A DNA stretch of 64,000 bases. Source: Nymphaea colorata. Taxonomy: Eukaryota. The notes under the pieces are model-generated. The model searched no databases. It was not told the DNA's origin and saw only the letters and a program-made list of their open reading frames with translations. The stretch lies in the NCBI RefSeq assembly GCF_008831285.2, contig NC_045138.2, forward strand, positions 15,314,001 to 15,378,000, written 5' to 3'. Shown piece after piece: positions 11,606 through 25,400 of this stretch. The first letter of the stretch is position 1. The number at the start of each line of letters is the position of its first letter. The translations under genes were made by a program, and so were the position numbers.

Positions 11606-13231
11606 GAGTTCTTTCCCTCAACAATTTTTGTTTTCGTTTTTTTTTTTTTTTTGGCAAACGAAGAGCATGTAAATTCTCTTCAGAAAAATTTTGTTTCTGA
11701 TGATTTCCTATTTTTGTTTTTCTTGGATTTTAATGTAGTTTGTATTTTCCATTAATGTCTCGATATTGATTTATCAAGAATGTAATACACAAAATTGTAC
11801 CAAAATCAAGAAGGAAAATTGATCACTGTCCTCCAGATTCCGTTGCACGGCATTATGAACCTATGCAAGTTGAAAATTCGAAAAATTCCCGACATCGGAT
11901 CGAGTCCTGTCGCTGTCATTTCCAGCTTCTTTCTATGGCGTTCTCGTTGGAAGACTTGGTAGTCGGGTCTCGCCCTTCTACAAAATTTCTTTTCATCAAA
12001 TTGCAGCTTTATGGTTTAATATTCCAAGCGTCCGTCCTCTGCCTTGAAACTAAAGCAATGAAAACTTTTATAACGGGCAAGGGAGTAAAGAATTTCGCCG
12101 TAAGGGCCAAGTGAATAGGACTCTTTCCAGGCCGGCTGGCCCAACACGTCGGAGAACTCCGCTGTCCTCTTTTTTAGGAGGAAGATGCAACTTCGACAGA
12201 TGAGCCATTTATCGTGCTTGAAAATTTTGAGGAAAAAAACGTTTGCTGCCAAGTCTGAAGTAGCAGTGTTCTCCTGAGGCGAAGCTGTTATATGTTCGAC
12301 TCCATGCATGTTCGTATAACACAAATACTTAAAATGTCCTCAAGGATAAGGAAAAGGAGCTTTCCCAATCAATACACAATAGAAAAATGAAAAGTAGTTT
12401 TTCCGTTGATTTTATCCTTACCTATTAAATTAGGATATTAATTGGGTATACACTCCCCTACTACCTGCCAGCCTCCGCGATGCATACTTTTCCTTCAGAG
12501 ATATAACTGCACTTTGCTTTCCTGTTTGAAGCTTTGTATGAGAAAGAGATATGCATGCATATACATTTATTACAGTTTAAAAATATACAAAAGACTTGTA
12601 CAAAGACTATGAAAGTTGAACTACCAACAGTAGCATGAAGTCAAGCCAAGTCAAGTCAAGAGGGCCCTTATAGGCGTGCCAACATGTAGGATGGAGTCGA
12701 CAAGATCATCACAATCTTTGTTCTGAATAGTCTTTTGTTTTCTTGTCCTTCATGCAATATATTTATGACACAAATAAGTGAATGTCCTAAAAGTTGATCT
12801 CAGTCCACATATTTTGTCGCCTTGCAGACAGATGGACTTGAGATATATATAACTTTAAAGAATATGAATCTGAAATGTTGCATGACACGATAGACAGAAA
12901 AATGAAAAAGGTCATGGACCACTTTCTCCAAAATCCACACGAGAAATTTTTTTATATATGTGTATTTGATATACAATCTCCCTGTGTCTATGAGGTACTA
13001 TTTCAATGAAAAGTTGCAACATCCCAACGACACAGACGCAGATCTTGCTTGCCTATGGCATATCCCCAGCTTCTTTGGCTTAATTTCTAGTTTGAGATTG
13101 AGTGGTTCGTATCTGGATCTTAAATATATTTTTTTCTCTTGGATGAGCAATTTAGCTCAGTTTACAACTTCCAAGCAATTTTCAGCAAAATTATTTGTGG
13201 GGCTACAAAGGTCTGAACTCTGATGAGTATA

Positions 13232-13269
<38 letters not shown>

Positions 13270-14062
13270 GTATGAAAGGACGAAATCCTGCCAATAGTGT
13301 CCCAATAAATAACCGACCATAAGATAGCTTGTCTGTGAATGATAACGACCATGGAAAGTGACTGAAAAGAGCAAGTGGAGACGGATAAGAAGAAGCTGCT
13401 TCCTAGAAATTTCATGTGGACACCCGATTAAATTTCAATTGTATCGAGAAAGAGATTGAGGAAAGGAAATAGAGATAGATAGGAGAAGCTGCTTCTAAGA
13501 AATTTCATGTGAACCACACGAGAAACTTTGCAGGATGTTCACAATTAAGTACCAATAGTTCCAACTCTCAATTGCCTTCACGAAATGAATAAAAAGTCCA
13601 AGACTCCACGGAAAGGGATGAAATGATATAGAGAAATGATAATGATGAAGATGATGACGACGACGACGATGATTGCTGTTGTTGTCATTATTATTATTAT
13701 TATTATTATTATAGTTGAAGTGGACTTGGTCGTGACAATGGTAGCTGTAAAATGAAGCAGATTGGGTTTTCTAAAACCATTCAAATGTCTAATCTTGAGG
13801 GGTTTGGCATAACTAGTTGGCCTAACACCTGATCGGCCGCCAGTTTGGCGGCAACCCTGCTGAGGAAGGAAGAAATTCTAACACCTTCTAGGCCACCAGT
13901 TGCTGCTTCAAATTTGAGTGGTACGATGCATGTCAAACTGGAGCAAGCAACGAAAATCTCAACTTGGGGCTGGGGTATGTAGTTTCTTAGGCAAGTAAAA
14001 AAAAAAACCATTCAGGTGCCTAAAATCACTATCACAATATCTTAAATCCGTTACTCAAAGGA

Positions 14063-14098
<36 letters not shown>

Positions 14099-14506
14099 GA
14101 GTAGCTGTTAGACCTTATTATATAGAAATGGTTTGGGCCATTGATGTTAACAAGATCAAAGGTTTCTATTTTCTTCAACCAAATCTCCGTGAGAAGCAAA
14201 GTTACAATTCCCATAAAATCTGGTACACATACATGTAGATGTTCATTTTTATCCAAATATTAGCTACTAAACAGATCAGATTAGCAGAATTATCGTGTGG
14301 GATCTTTTGCTTCACGAATTAAGGCTTCTTCTCAGATTATTGATTTCATTATTAACCAGAAATACTCCAAATACAAAAACAACTCAAAAGAACTTACTTT
14401 GGAACGAAAAGTTACGTACATGAGCAGATCCAGAATGGGAACTATACAAAGTCAAACTATTTACGTCCTAATCTTTGGAAGAGATCAAAGTTGGGAGTTA
14501 AAAATA

Positions 14507-15304
14507 TTACCCAACGATGATCTTGACATGAGGCATCTCTTTGAACATAACCTTCTTAGGATAGAACCTCCCCACAACATCATGAGAACCTGGTAAGGAA
14601 GATGATGTGTGAAGATTAGATACCTCTTCTTCTATTGTACCACGCTGGGGAGAGGACACAGGAGTATAGAAAGGCGGCGACACGGCCGGAGTTGTGAAGA
14701 CAAGCTCAGTTGATGGCGGCCGGAAGAGGTTCCCGGCTGTGATTTGTGTCGCCGAAGATCCCGATCTTTCACCATCCTCAGGTACATCTTTTTCCGTGAA
14801 CAAAGTCCCGTTCTCATTGGGGTAAATTTTATATTGTAAGACGTTATAGCCTGGTCGAATTGGCGCTCGGTTGAGGTCTACATCCCTATCAGCCTGTCGC
14901 TTGGGTGGTAGGTCCATCCTTTCAGGGACAGACGGCTTAGTTGGTGCTACAGGCGGCGACGGCGGCCGTGGTGGCGATGCTAGCGGCGGTGGATGCATGT
15001 CGATGCCAACAAAGGCTGGTGGTTCCTTATGCGTGGTGATGATGGCCGGTGGCTCCTTGTTGGTGCTGGCAGGACTCACTGGGACTCCAAGGGCTGCGAC
15101 CTGGCTGCTGTTTTCCCAGCTCATGAAGTACATCATTTCCTTGGAGGCCGTTGAATGCGTCGAGTGCCCAGTAACCGAACCCACGTCGTCGGAGTGTTCC
15201 TGACGGAATTTTCTAAGCCACCAGCGGACGTAGATGATTGCCGACGATATAAGAACAAAAAATAAGACGCCGAGCAGCGTGAGCAAAATCAGGGGCCCGG
15301 TCAT
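14507..15304 (-). CDS. Uncharacterised single-pass membrane protein, Pro-rich, 265 aa, intronless
   Basis: Long GC-elevated ORF. It has an N-terminal hydrophobic helix followed by a basic patch (YVRWWLRKFR), 'SKEMMYFMSW', a poly-Pro tract and 'FTTPAVSPPFYTPVSSP'. These recall a plant-specific family with SKELLYFFCW and TP(C/L)ASPP(F/Y)(F/Y)TP motifs (from memory, not searched). Confidence 0.75.
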   Translation of the reverse strand: MTGPLILLTLLGVLFFVLISSAIIYVRWWLRKFRQEHSDDVGSVTGHSTHSTASKEMMYFMSWENSSQVAALGVPVSPASTNKEPPAIITTHKEPPAFVGIDMHPPPLASPPRPPSPPVAPTKPSVPERMDLPPKRQADRDVDLNRAPIRPGYNVLQYKIYPNENGTLFTEKDVPEDGERSGSSATQITAGNLFRPPSTELVFTTPAVSPPFYTPVSSPQRGTIEEEVSNLHTSSSLPGSHDVVGRFYPKKVMFKEMPHVKIIVG

Positions 15305-16224
15305 GGCGGCTTGCTGCCGAAACTCACAAGGGCCCTAAAGAGAGATTGAGGAGTGAGGGCCCTGAACCAGATTGTAAGTAGAACCAGTGCGACCAAATCT
15401 CCTACATGAGAGAGAGAGAGACGGGAGGAAGAGGGGCAGATGCAGACTGGAGAAGGGAGTAACGTATATAATATAGGCGTATCATATGCGCTACTTTCGC
15501 TGTCATGAGGAGAAGAAAGAGGAAAAAAACTTTTCCAGATGTACCAAAAAAAAAAAAACTTTTCCAGATGAATACGCCAAATGTCTCTAAAATTAGAGAA
15601 CACACCATATGTTCGTCATCATAATTTTTTTTTTTCATGCATTCCAATTAGGATGTACATCTATCTTCGGACAAGCGTGACCCTCCTCTTTCCCTTGTCT
15701 TCAAATTCTATAGTTGCAGATGTCTGGTGTAAAGACAATTAACCACCAACTAGGTGTTATACTTTAAGCCATAAGATTTAGAACCATTAAGCCCATGGAA
15801 TGAAATTGGCAATACATTTTATCATATCCTACCAATCTAACCAATTATGCTATGCCCTAGGCTACATGTTATCTACCACAAACTTCCAAAGTGACTGTCA
15901 TATATGAAGCTTATGCGGCAAGCTGGTTGAATCGGTTATGTAAAGTCGAAATGCATTTTTGAAACATTATGGAGCAAAGATGAATTTTGGAATTTGTCCT
16001 TCCTTGTAGCAAACTTCCAAAGAAATTTAGTTGACACAGAGCATGTGGCGGTGGGTGGCAAATTGTAGTAGAAAATTCTTTAGGTGGTGGGAGCCTACCG
16101 AACTTGTAGCATTGACATACGATTCTTTCTTTTTCCACAAAACATGCAAGTATCGGGCGTGTATGTGCCCAATAGCACAATATTTTCATTGACTTTGACT
16201 TGGAAAAAATCAATTCTTATCTTA

Positions 16225-16473
16225 GGTTGCGTTTGATTACTGCCTATCTCAAGTTCACAGTGATCTCATATCACTCCCGATTTGAAATCCGTGGTCTTCA
16301 ATTTGATTCCCCTACATCTCATTTGAAATCTATACTTTTTACATTAGAGTGTTGATTTGGAATTCATGTTGGAGGTAGATGCTGAGATTTACAGTTTGAT
16401 ACAATTATGGATTTCAGCTATCATAGATTTGAGATTTCATCGGATCTGAGATCTGTGGGGAATGAACACACCC
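16225..16473. mobile_element. Tourist-like (PIF/Harbinger) MITE, ~250 bp
   Basis: Imperfect TIRs ggttgcgtttgatt ... aatgaacacaccc, flanked on both sides by TTA (3-bp TSD typical of PIF/Harbinger). Confidence 0.65.
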
Positions 16474-19400
16474 TTACTTCCTTCTTTCAAACCTCATTTA
16501 ATGAACATCGGGTTCAGCGCACGAGAACGAGAGGTGAAATGTCATCCCCTTCTTCCGTTCTGAAGTTACTTGGAGATCTAAGAGAAGGTGATGATAATGG
16601 TGATTTTATAATGAACATTGACTTGACTTTGAGTAGGTCATGCAGTAGTACACTTTGACGTAACCTTGTTTTATTTCTCTACCGTGCTTCAAAATGCGAC
16701 AAAAAATACGAAAAATCCAAACGTTTTCATGTCTTTTCTGGGAGGCCAAAAGGTGCCCAACTTTTCTTCCACATTCAAACAGCCAAACAGGTACACCTTT
16801 AAAATGAGGGTTTATATGATTATTCATAATCGAACAGACTTTCAGTGTCCAAGAACGAAGTGATATGGGTTCCATGCAACGGGGAAGTTTTTTATCATAA
16901 GAATTTGAATCTGTTATTGTACTTTCAACATAGTCGACTGACTGAAGTTCGATCTGTTTTTCACCATAGATGAACTTTTACAGGCAAACAGACATGAAAA
17001 CAATCTCAACTTACCATTTTGTGAATTGTAAAACCAGCTTATAAGCGCGATTAATCGTAAAATCATGTTGCACACAAATTACGTAAATTTACTGATTAGT
17101 TTAATACTGAAACCAGGTTTCTAACATTGTTTTCTATATCTTCGCGCTGACAGGCCAAGTTGTAATTGCCAGGAAAGAAAAGAAAACATATAGATAGTCA
17201 GACAAGCAACAGTGCATTAAATAAATATAAGTAGGTTGATATTTGTTGCGGTCCTGGTTGAATGAGTTTCATTGGTGTGCATGAGAAAGTAGTTTAATGC
17301 AGGGTACACAGAATTAGGTAATCTGCTGTGTCACTAGTGACTAGCTACGTATTCATTGTATGAAAAATAGATTAATTATTGCAATAACTTTCCTTTTCAT
17401 ATAGTTCTTAGTGGATATTCAAATCCCACTTGCATGCTAGTTTGGCTAACTCCCACATCCGAGCCCCAAACTCCTGCCTCCCCACAAAACCACGCACCAT
17501 GGGAGAGGATCCCTTCCCATTTCATGAGAAAACAGGCCTTTTTCTCAGGGAAAAAGTGGAACTTTTGCACGGAACGTGTGAAAAGCAGTCGTGGGAAAAG
17601 CATGGAATTCCTATTTTCCTGGAAGAGGAAAATCCTTTCCTGCTGCATAAGTCGCTTCTACAATTTCTTTGGGATCCTTTTCAAGGAAATGTTCAAGTGT
17701 TCCCTTGCAAGGCTTTGCAAGCTTTCAGGAAGGCCGCCTTCCTTGACGGTAGAGAAATTTACGCGACCCAGTCAATCTGAACCGGATAACTAGAGTTTCG
17801 GTTGGATTTGGATTAGTATTACTAACTGGATTTGGAACCAATATGCAGATTTAAATATAAGCAATCCAAATTTCTCTCTATATTCAATACGGCTTCACGT
17901 AAATATTATTGGATTTTAAACTAGTCGGAGTAAGTTTTAGACTTAGAAACTCATATTCGGGTTTGAATATGAACCGAAATCCGATTGAATCCCGGCTCTC
18001 GTGTGCCTTCGAAAAAGAGAGGGAGAGGGAGTTCTTCAATTATGAGACAATGGTGGATTTCAGGGGTCCATAGATCTTTGAAAGGAACAACACTTGAAAA
18101 AGAAAGAAACGAGAAATTGCTGGGGAAGTCCGCCAACAGTATAATTTCCACTGTTTCTGAAGCTATACTTTCTTCATTCGTTATGATTGGCATTCTCCCA
18201 TCAGAAGAAAAGGGAAGAAATAGTTGGCACCACCAATCACCACTGTTTCTGATGCCACAAACTTCACATCTCTGGGCAAAATCATATCCAATGACATGGA
18301 AACAACAAAAATGATATTGGGTAAACTATTCCTGTGTAACTCCTCAAAAGGATACTGCAAGGGACATGACATAAATTGTAAAGTTGTTCTTCAACTTGTC
18401 CACGACACGAATTCACCATTCGATTTGAATATCTGAGGATGCGTGATAGACTATGGTATAATGATTAGGTGAACCACTTTTGGAGCGAAGATAGTCTACT
18501 AAATTGTCATCTTCCTTCATTCGTTGGGAATAAAATTTGCAATATGGTCACTCTTTGGCAATATGAATCATTTGGAACATAATTGATGCATATTAGTTCC
18601 GCACTGGATCTATTACAGGATCAAGTGGGATTTGCATTGGTTAATCTGCTTGGAAAATGTGGCCGTAGCAATTCAGAATGAATTGATGGAACAATGGATG
18701 ATAATTCGGTAACACCCACGACCGCTAAAAAGAATTTTTTGTTTCTCATACTCCAACCACATTGGAGTTCTAAGCGAAAGGGGTGAAATATCGCAAGCAA
18801 TTGGTGAAATAAATCAACAATATGTTCACAAGTAGGAGAACATAATACATTAATTTGGAAGTTTTTAACAGAACTAAATCCTGTTTTAATGAAGGTAGAG
18901 CTTGTGAGGTAGAAGAGATAAATTCAAGAAGTTGAATGGAAACTCATATGACTAAAGAACTCATGGAGAAACATGACCTTCTCGATGGTCATTAATGAAT
19001 ATTGGCAACGGTATTTGGGCAACAGCAGACAGGGTCAGACTTAGTTGTGCCTACTGTACCATCAAATGAAGCTTCTGATGTTTCAGGCTTTGCCAATATG
19101 TGTGTGTTGTAGAGGGGGAGAGAGAGAAAGAGAGAGGAAGCTTAGTGTGGGATGTATGAAGAACTTGTCAGATGATGACTTGATCCTTGTAGTTGAAAGA
19201 AAATGGGTTTAGTGTATTGAAAGATATGGGTTCATGCCCTTATTAAAGAGCATCTTTTATAAAGTTATTTTTGAAATCTTCAATAATAAGTCTCCAGAAA
19301 GTGAATCACCAACATTGGTTTACCTTATAGTAGAAAAAAGCCCAAACTGCAAACTAGGATGATAGGTTGTGAACCGTTGGGTTCAAAGCAATGGAAAGGC

Positions 19401-22400
19401 TTATAATGTGAACAAGCTAAAGATGGAAACAGAACGCAAGTAAAAGTTTTGAAACATTCTTTGCCGAAGAATAAACCACTGCCACTGTATATTTAACCAA
19501 ACTCCACTGTGTATTTTGCAGAGAGAAGAAAGGCATACTGCAGAATTGAGGGTAGGCAGCCATGGAACCCTTCAAGGAACTGTTCTGGTTATATATAAAG
19601 CAGTTCCAACAATGAGTTCTGATATTTGGGAGAAAGTAGCATTGAAAATAAGTTGTGATACATTTCCATTCCCGAAACCATATTTCAACACCATCATATA
19701 TTCATAAGTAGGCAGCCATTGGCTCTGGTGCAGCTTCATCGCTTTCTAACATGTTAGAGATGTTCTTCAGGTCGCCCTGTTGTAGGGCTTGAAACTCTGT
19801 AAATTTAGACCATCATGCTTTGTCAAAACATGGAAACCACATATATAACTACTATACATTTGATTCAGCCAAACTATCAGTATACTGATGATAGTACACA
19901 GGCAATCGTAAGGAGAGATTCTTTTGTGTTTGGGTGATACAGGAAGTAGAAACAGGCGACAACCTGATCTCAGTTCACTCAGACGTTCCAATAATGAAAA
20001 AAATATTTTTATCGCCGGAGTTGCTGGAACCATGAAAGTTTAAGCCGATGCTGGTTTAGCAGAAGGAAACACTTGCCTCTGAAACCAATGAATGCTTGTG
20101 AGGACCAAAGCAGACTGGGAAATGCATGTGCATCTGTTTTTTGGACAAGACATGTGCTTGAGGAACTGTATAGGATGAGAAGTAGTGATTCTGTGTGCGC
20201 GTTTTGGTCTCCACACAGAAATGTTGAAGGCATGAAAAGGATGCACATGCTTCATTCTTACTGATCATGCTGCATCTGTCATTGTATAATAGACTATAGG
20301 CCTGTAAGCCATGGTGGTCGGGCTCATTCAGGGCTTCTCTTTTAAGAATTACTAGACTCATTAAGTACTGGTTCACTATCATGAATAAAATTAATGAAAA
20401 TAATAACAATTAGACACATAAGACGCTGGATTTAGGTAATCAAACGTACGTAGGCAAGAGTCCTCATGCTTAAACAATTGAACACCAAGTCCAGGTCCGG
20501 GGTTGCACGGATCAGACACATATCAGCCATGTGCATCAAGACTCCTACAAAGTATTGTACAGCAAAAAATTGACAAGGATAATATCAGATCCTACCTGAT
20601 TGCGACCCTAAATCCCATTAAGGGTGAAAAGGATTGGTATTGATCAGATATATGGTCCATTATCTAGACATTCTCACCACATAATCTGATTGGAGTTAGA
20701 TTGTTATTTAAACTAAGATTCATTTGGTGCCGAATCAAAATCAGATTCCATTTTTTACATGTTAATTGTATGTGTGTCTACACCTTTTGTCATATCCAAC
20801 AAAATTTTGGATTGGGATTTGGTAAGAGTTTGTCAGATTTCTCAAGTTTAAGTGATACCATTTGGGGACATAATTAGATTCAGACGCAACAGGATCTGTT
20901 TTCTTGATTCAGTATTCCTATGCATGTGGTGTCTTGAACAGAAGTTGCTAGAATTGCGACACCCACAGTCATCTTATCATTGTTTCTGATTATAAGCAGC
21001 TCCACTATTAACTTGACTAAAGCACTACCCATTACAAACTACTTCATTTGAGACAAACGAGATTTGCATCATCCAAACAGGATTTTGATTGGATGCATCA
21101 ATGAGACAACACCTAATTTTGTGTAAGATGAACTCTTGGGAGCCTTTTGTCACAAAAGCTACCAAACCAAAAGTTGTTTCCAAGCTTGTTGAAACTTGAA
21201 AGAATAGGAAGCATATGTTTTACTAGATCATCCCGTCGAGTTTCCGCAGAACCTTAGCGGATCATGCGATGGTTCACGTTTCATATATTGAAATGAGATT
21301 CAATCTTTGCAAATCTTAAGTTCGATCTCGTAACCTGGTGGATGGAGCTTTCATTAGCCCAAAGATGTCTATTTTAAGTACTAAATATGTCATCATACAA
21401 CTCAAATATTTGATGAAAGTGCATGCCCCCCTTTGTATGTATATTCCTACTCATATGTCCCCACTGCTTCATCATTCCTTGTCATTTTCTCCAGCATCCC
21501 CTTCATTGTGTTCCGTGAACATTTTCCTCATTCCATAAAGGCAAACTTTTCACTTTTTCATTTTCCATTATTGTTTCTGCTTACTGCATATTGGACCAAG
21601 AAAAAGAATGCCCATAAAAGTTTATCAGGATAGGGTGAACCAGTGGTGCTCTTTCGCAGGAAATTACGGTTCAATTTTCATAGGTCTCACTCTTTGTGCA
21701 ATTGCCGGACAACTCGGAGTCATCGAAAGCGAATCCGAAGGGTTTACTGTTGCTCTCAAGAGGGTTTAACTCTAGATTCCTATCCAATCTCAGTTTAAAC
21801 CAAAGGATTTCAAAAGAAATGTTGTCTGATAAAGAAGCAATGTGGACATAATTCCACTACCTTTAGATCTTAAGTAGGCTGTCAACTTGTCATTCTAAAG
21901 CTATGAACTTTTTCCAAAAGTTGGATAACCAAACACTATTGACCTCTCCTTTATCACATGTTTCAAACATAGTGCTTTGGCCCACATGCCACCTAATATA
22001 AGAAAAAGTTGGATTTTGCAAATCAAACAATCTTCAATTCCCAAAGCTCTCATTTAAAAGTTAAAATCCCCATTTTAATTGACTTGTTAGATGTAAAAAA
22101 GGCAAATTGTGCTGTAGATGGGTCAGCAACAATTGACTGATCGATGGATCGGATCCGTCGTTGCCGGAATCAAGATAAAAGTTGCTCCTATAAAACAGAA
22201 ACGAGTGAGAAACTGCGATTGAATCCAAATTAAAAGGATTTATGGCATTAATGAATCAAATAACAGATGCCCAAAAAACTTTTACGTGTAAAAATCATAT
22301 CCAGATCCCAAATGTAGTAAAAACAAAAAATGCCCAGCATTGGATGCCATAGTTAGGATCCTTATCCAGATAATGGCATGTAGAAAGGTATCAAATGCAA

Positions 22401-25400
22401 CATATACAATCACATTATTGGAAGAACCAATATAGAGGCTTCCTAGAGGCAAAGCTGTAAGAGAATCCAACTATATTTTGCATGTTCCTCTAAAGAGAAT
22501 GATGTCAGGGGAAACAGGGGATGCCCCATATCGGTTTTACTTTATTTGGGACCCAACTCTTTGATCCATTCATCAGCAGATGATCATGTACATTCCTAAA
22601 CTTGGGTTTCCCTTTTGTCCTAGAACATGCCTTTTTCTCCCTCTAGCTCTGGCTCTTGTGTCTTTTAAGTTATCAGACTGACGTCACCTTTTTGTGCGTG
22701 AAAGACCGGTCGGATCCAGTTTCGGTTCAAGATCCAGAATCGGACAATGGTTCTTTCATCAGGTTCAGACCCGGATTCCATTGCCTCTGTGGATGGTCAG
22801 GACATGAGCTGGATCGGACCCCCCAGCACAGTTATCATGAACCGGAAGGTTCAAAATCCATGGGTTTCGTCTCCGGGTTTCGAGGTGGTACACGCAATAT
22901 AATCATGTAGATGAACCGAAGGAACTTTTTAATCTTTAGATATTTAGAAAATATAATATACAAATCAGACTTTCGTGATTAGTTTTTCTTTAATCTAAAG
23001 TTGTGGACAGGATGAATTTCGGACAATTGGGTTCATAAAAAAACATATGTATTGAATAACGTGTTTGGATGCATAAGGAGAAAGCAAGACATAGGAAAAC
23101 AATGTCACACCTTGCATCAAACTTTGTTGGCTTAGAAAATTATAACTTTTTCTTCAAAAGAGCATGTTGTAAAATATGTTTTTATGATCCATTTGCACTA
23201 TCAAAATCAAGTGAAATTATGGCTTAGCAGCATAAGGGGTACACCACAAAGTCTCTTTTTCAATACATACATGTACGCGTGCAATTGTGTCATCTTTGCG
23301 GGTTTACAAAGACACCCAGCTCACTTGTGAGGTTGTTTGATCTACTGTGATGGATGGCTAAGAGAAAAACAAGAATGAAAATGTGTGAACTAATACTAGA
23401 TAACAAGAATTCTCATTATTTGTTTTTCTATCAATAGTCCATCGTAATGGATAAGATGACTTTCATGAGCGAACCAGTGACTCTAGATAGTCCGAATCAT
23501 CATTTAAACAAAGCTTTAAATTTTGTCCTTTCCCTTTTGTTTCTTTTAGACGGCAGTCACATTTGAATTGAGATATGATTCAATTGAATATGAATCAATC
23601 TAATGTTCCGAACTTTTTTTTCTTTTAAACTCTATTCGATTCAAACAACAAAGTTAGCGCCAGCGATCGGTAAGATCAGTTGTGCAATAGTATAAAGCAT
23701 TTAACGAATAGTTAAAGTTTAAGCTCAAAAAGGAACAGTTGTGTGACCGTTACGAGCAATGGAAAAGGCTTCAAGATAAATGCCTTTCTTCATTCCATCA
23801 CTTCTTTTCCCATGAGTACTTTGGGTTATCAATTCTTTTGGAGCTCACTTTTTGGTCTAACAAGATATCTATTACCTTTGACTGGCTCTCCAAAAGAAGA
23901 GAAGAAAACCAGAAAAAAAAAAGGAAAAGAAAAGCCCAAAAAAACATGATCAAAAGGGAAAAGGAAAAAGAAAATATGCCCACATACCTTGGTTTCTGAA
24001 CCAGCTTCCTAAGGGCATTTCTGTCTTATCAAGCGTCATATTATTTCTTTTACCATGACTGTGGATAGTATTTGGTCGAAGGTATGGAACTAACGAGAAA
24101 TGCGTCCTCTGCTTACATATTTTCTTGAATTTGTTCTGAAACTAAACCATATAATTGCGGTCATGCGTGCAAACGTGTCTTCAATTTAGTTTTTGCAAAT
24201 AGAAGATCTAATATATATATATAAGAGAAAGAGAGAGAGAACTAAATGGTGTTGCGTATGTATCAGCTTGCAGTCGTCTCCTCAATTCTTAAAAATATAA
24301 TGTCCTTCAATAGTTTCTAGATTCAATAAAACCCTTTTCGTTAAAAGTCATGTTTTAGATTACATTTTTATGAAACGAAATCATGATTTTTTAACTCGTC
24401 AAGTTTTGATATATTGGGAGCCACAGCTTTCTCAATGGTTTTCCTTAATGCACTTTCAAATCATGTTATTCAAAAGTTCTATCTTTGATCGCGTTATTTT
24501 AAGATAGGGGCATTAGAATACATGTATTTATGCATGTATTATAATATTTTGGTAGTTCAAGACGTTGGGAAAGATGGGTTTTGGAAAAAAATAGTAAAAA
24601 GGACGCAGGCATGATGATTGAGGAATGAATAAAATCTCTCTCGTTACTTGTGTAGGGCCATCCGCTGCCGTGTTTGTACAGGGAGCGTTAACCAATGGAG
24701 CTCCATTCTCCTAAGCATATGATCGACCACGCTCTCCACCGTGATTTCATGCGGTAGCAGAGGACACGAGATCCGACTCAAACAAGAAGAAACATAACGC
24801 ATTGGTCGTATGTATATATATTAAAAATGAATCGCCCTCAATAGAATTGTGATCCACATCAGGTACCCTTGTCATGTTTTAGAACTGTTTTACAGCACAA
24901 CGGGCGACCTAATTTGCCGGGTAAAGTTTCAAATTCTAAGTATGTTGGCGCTTTTCTCTTCCAAGATTCAAAATCTTACTTTCTCCGATTCAAGACAAAG
25001 GATTTGAATCGATTCGGTCACTTTTTCGAACCCGATTTCTAACAAGACATCGGTTTCTGGCCCTACCCGCGGCCACTTTGGGGATTAATTATCTTCGGAT
25101 CATATGCAAAATGTTGCTGCGCCTTTGGTGCGAAAAGAGAAAAACTTTTACCGGATTAAATTAATGAGAACGTATCTCCCTTTGTTGCACCATCAACAAG
25201 ATATCCATGAGACGATCATTTCCCCTTTATTCCTTCTCCTTTTGGGGTACACACTTCCCGAACACCGTGACCGGACCTCCCAGCGCCCCTTTTCATGTAC
25301 CTGACCAAATGGAAGTGGGTGAATATACCAAAACAGCCCTCGCCTTTGCAGTCAAAGACATTTTTCAGATGGACGCACTGGAGTCCAGCCAGGACCATGG

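Noticed and set aside
11863..12324. ORFs of 83 and 102 aa downstream of RH29
   Set aside because: No recognisable domain or exon structure.
17397..17793. Three overlapping ORFs of 83-119 aa
   Set aside because: No motif, and all frames look equally random. Needs BLASTX or RNA-seq.
19759..19779. miR398-like sequence (gatgttcttcaggtcgccctg) with a partial complement near 19951
   Set aside because: It has indels relative to miR398, sits on the wrong arm, and no convincing precursor stem is visible. Likely chance.
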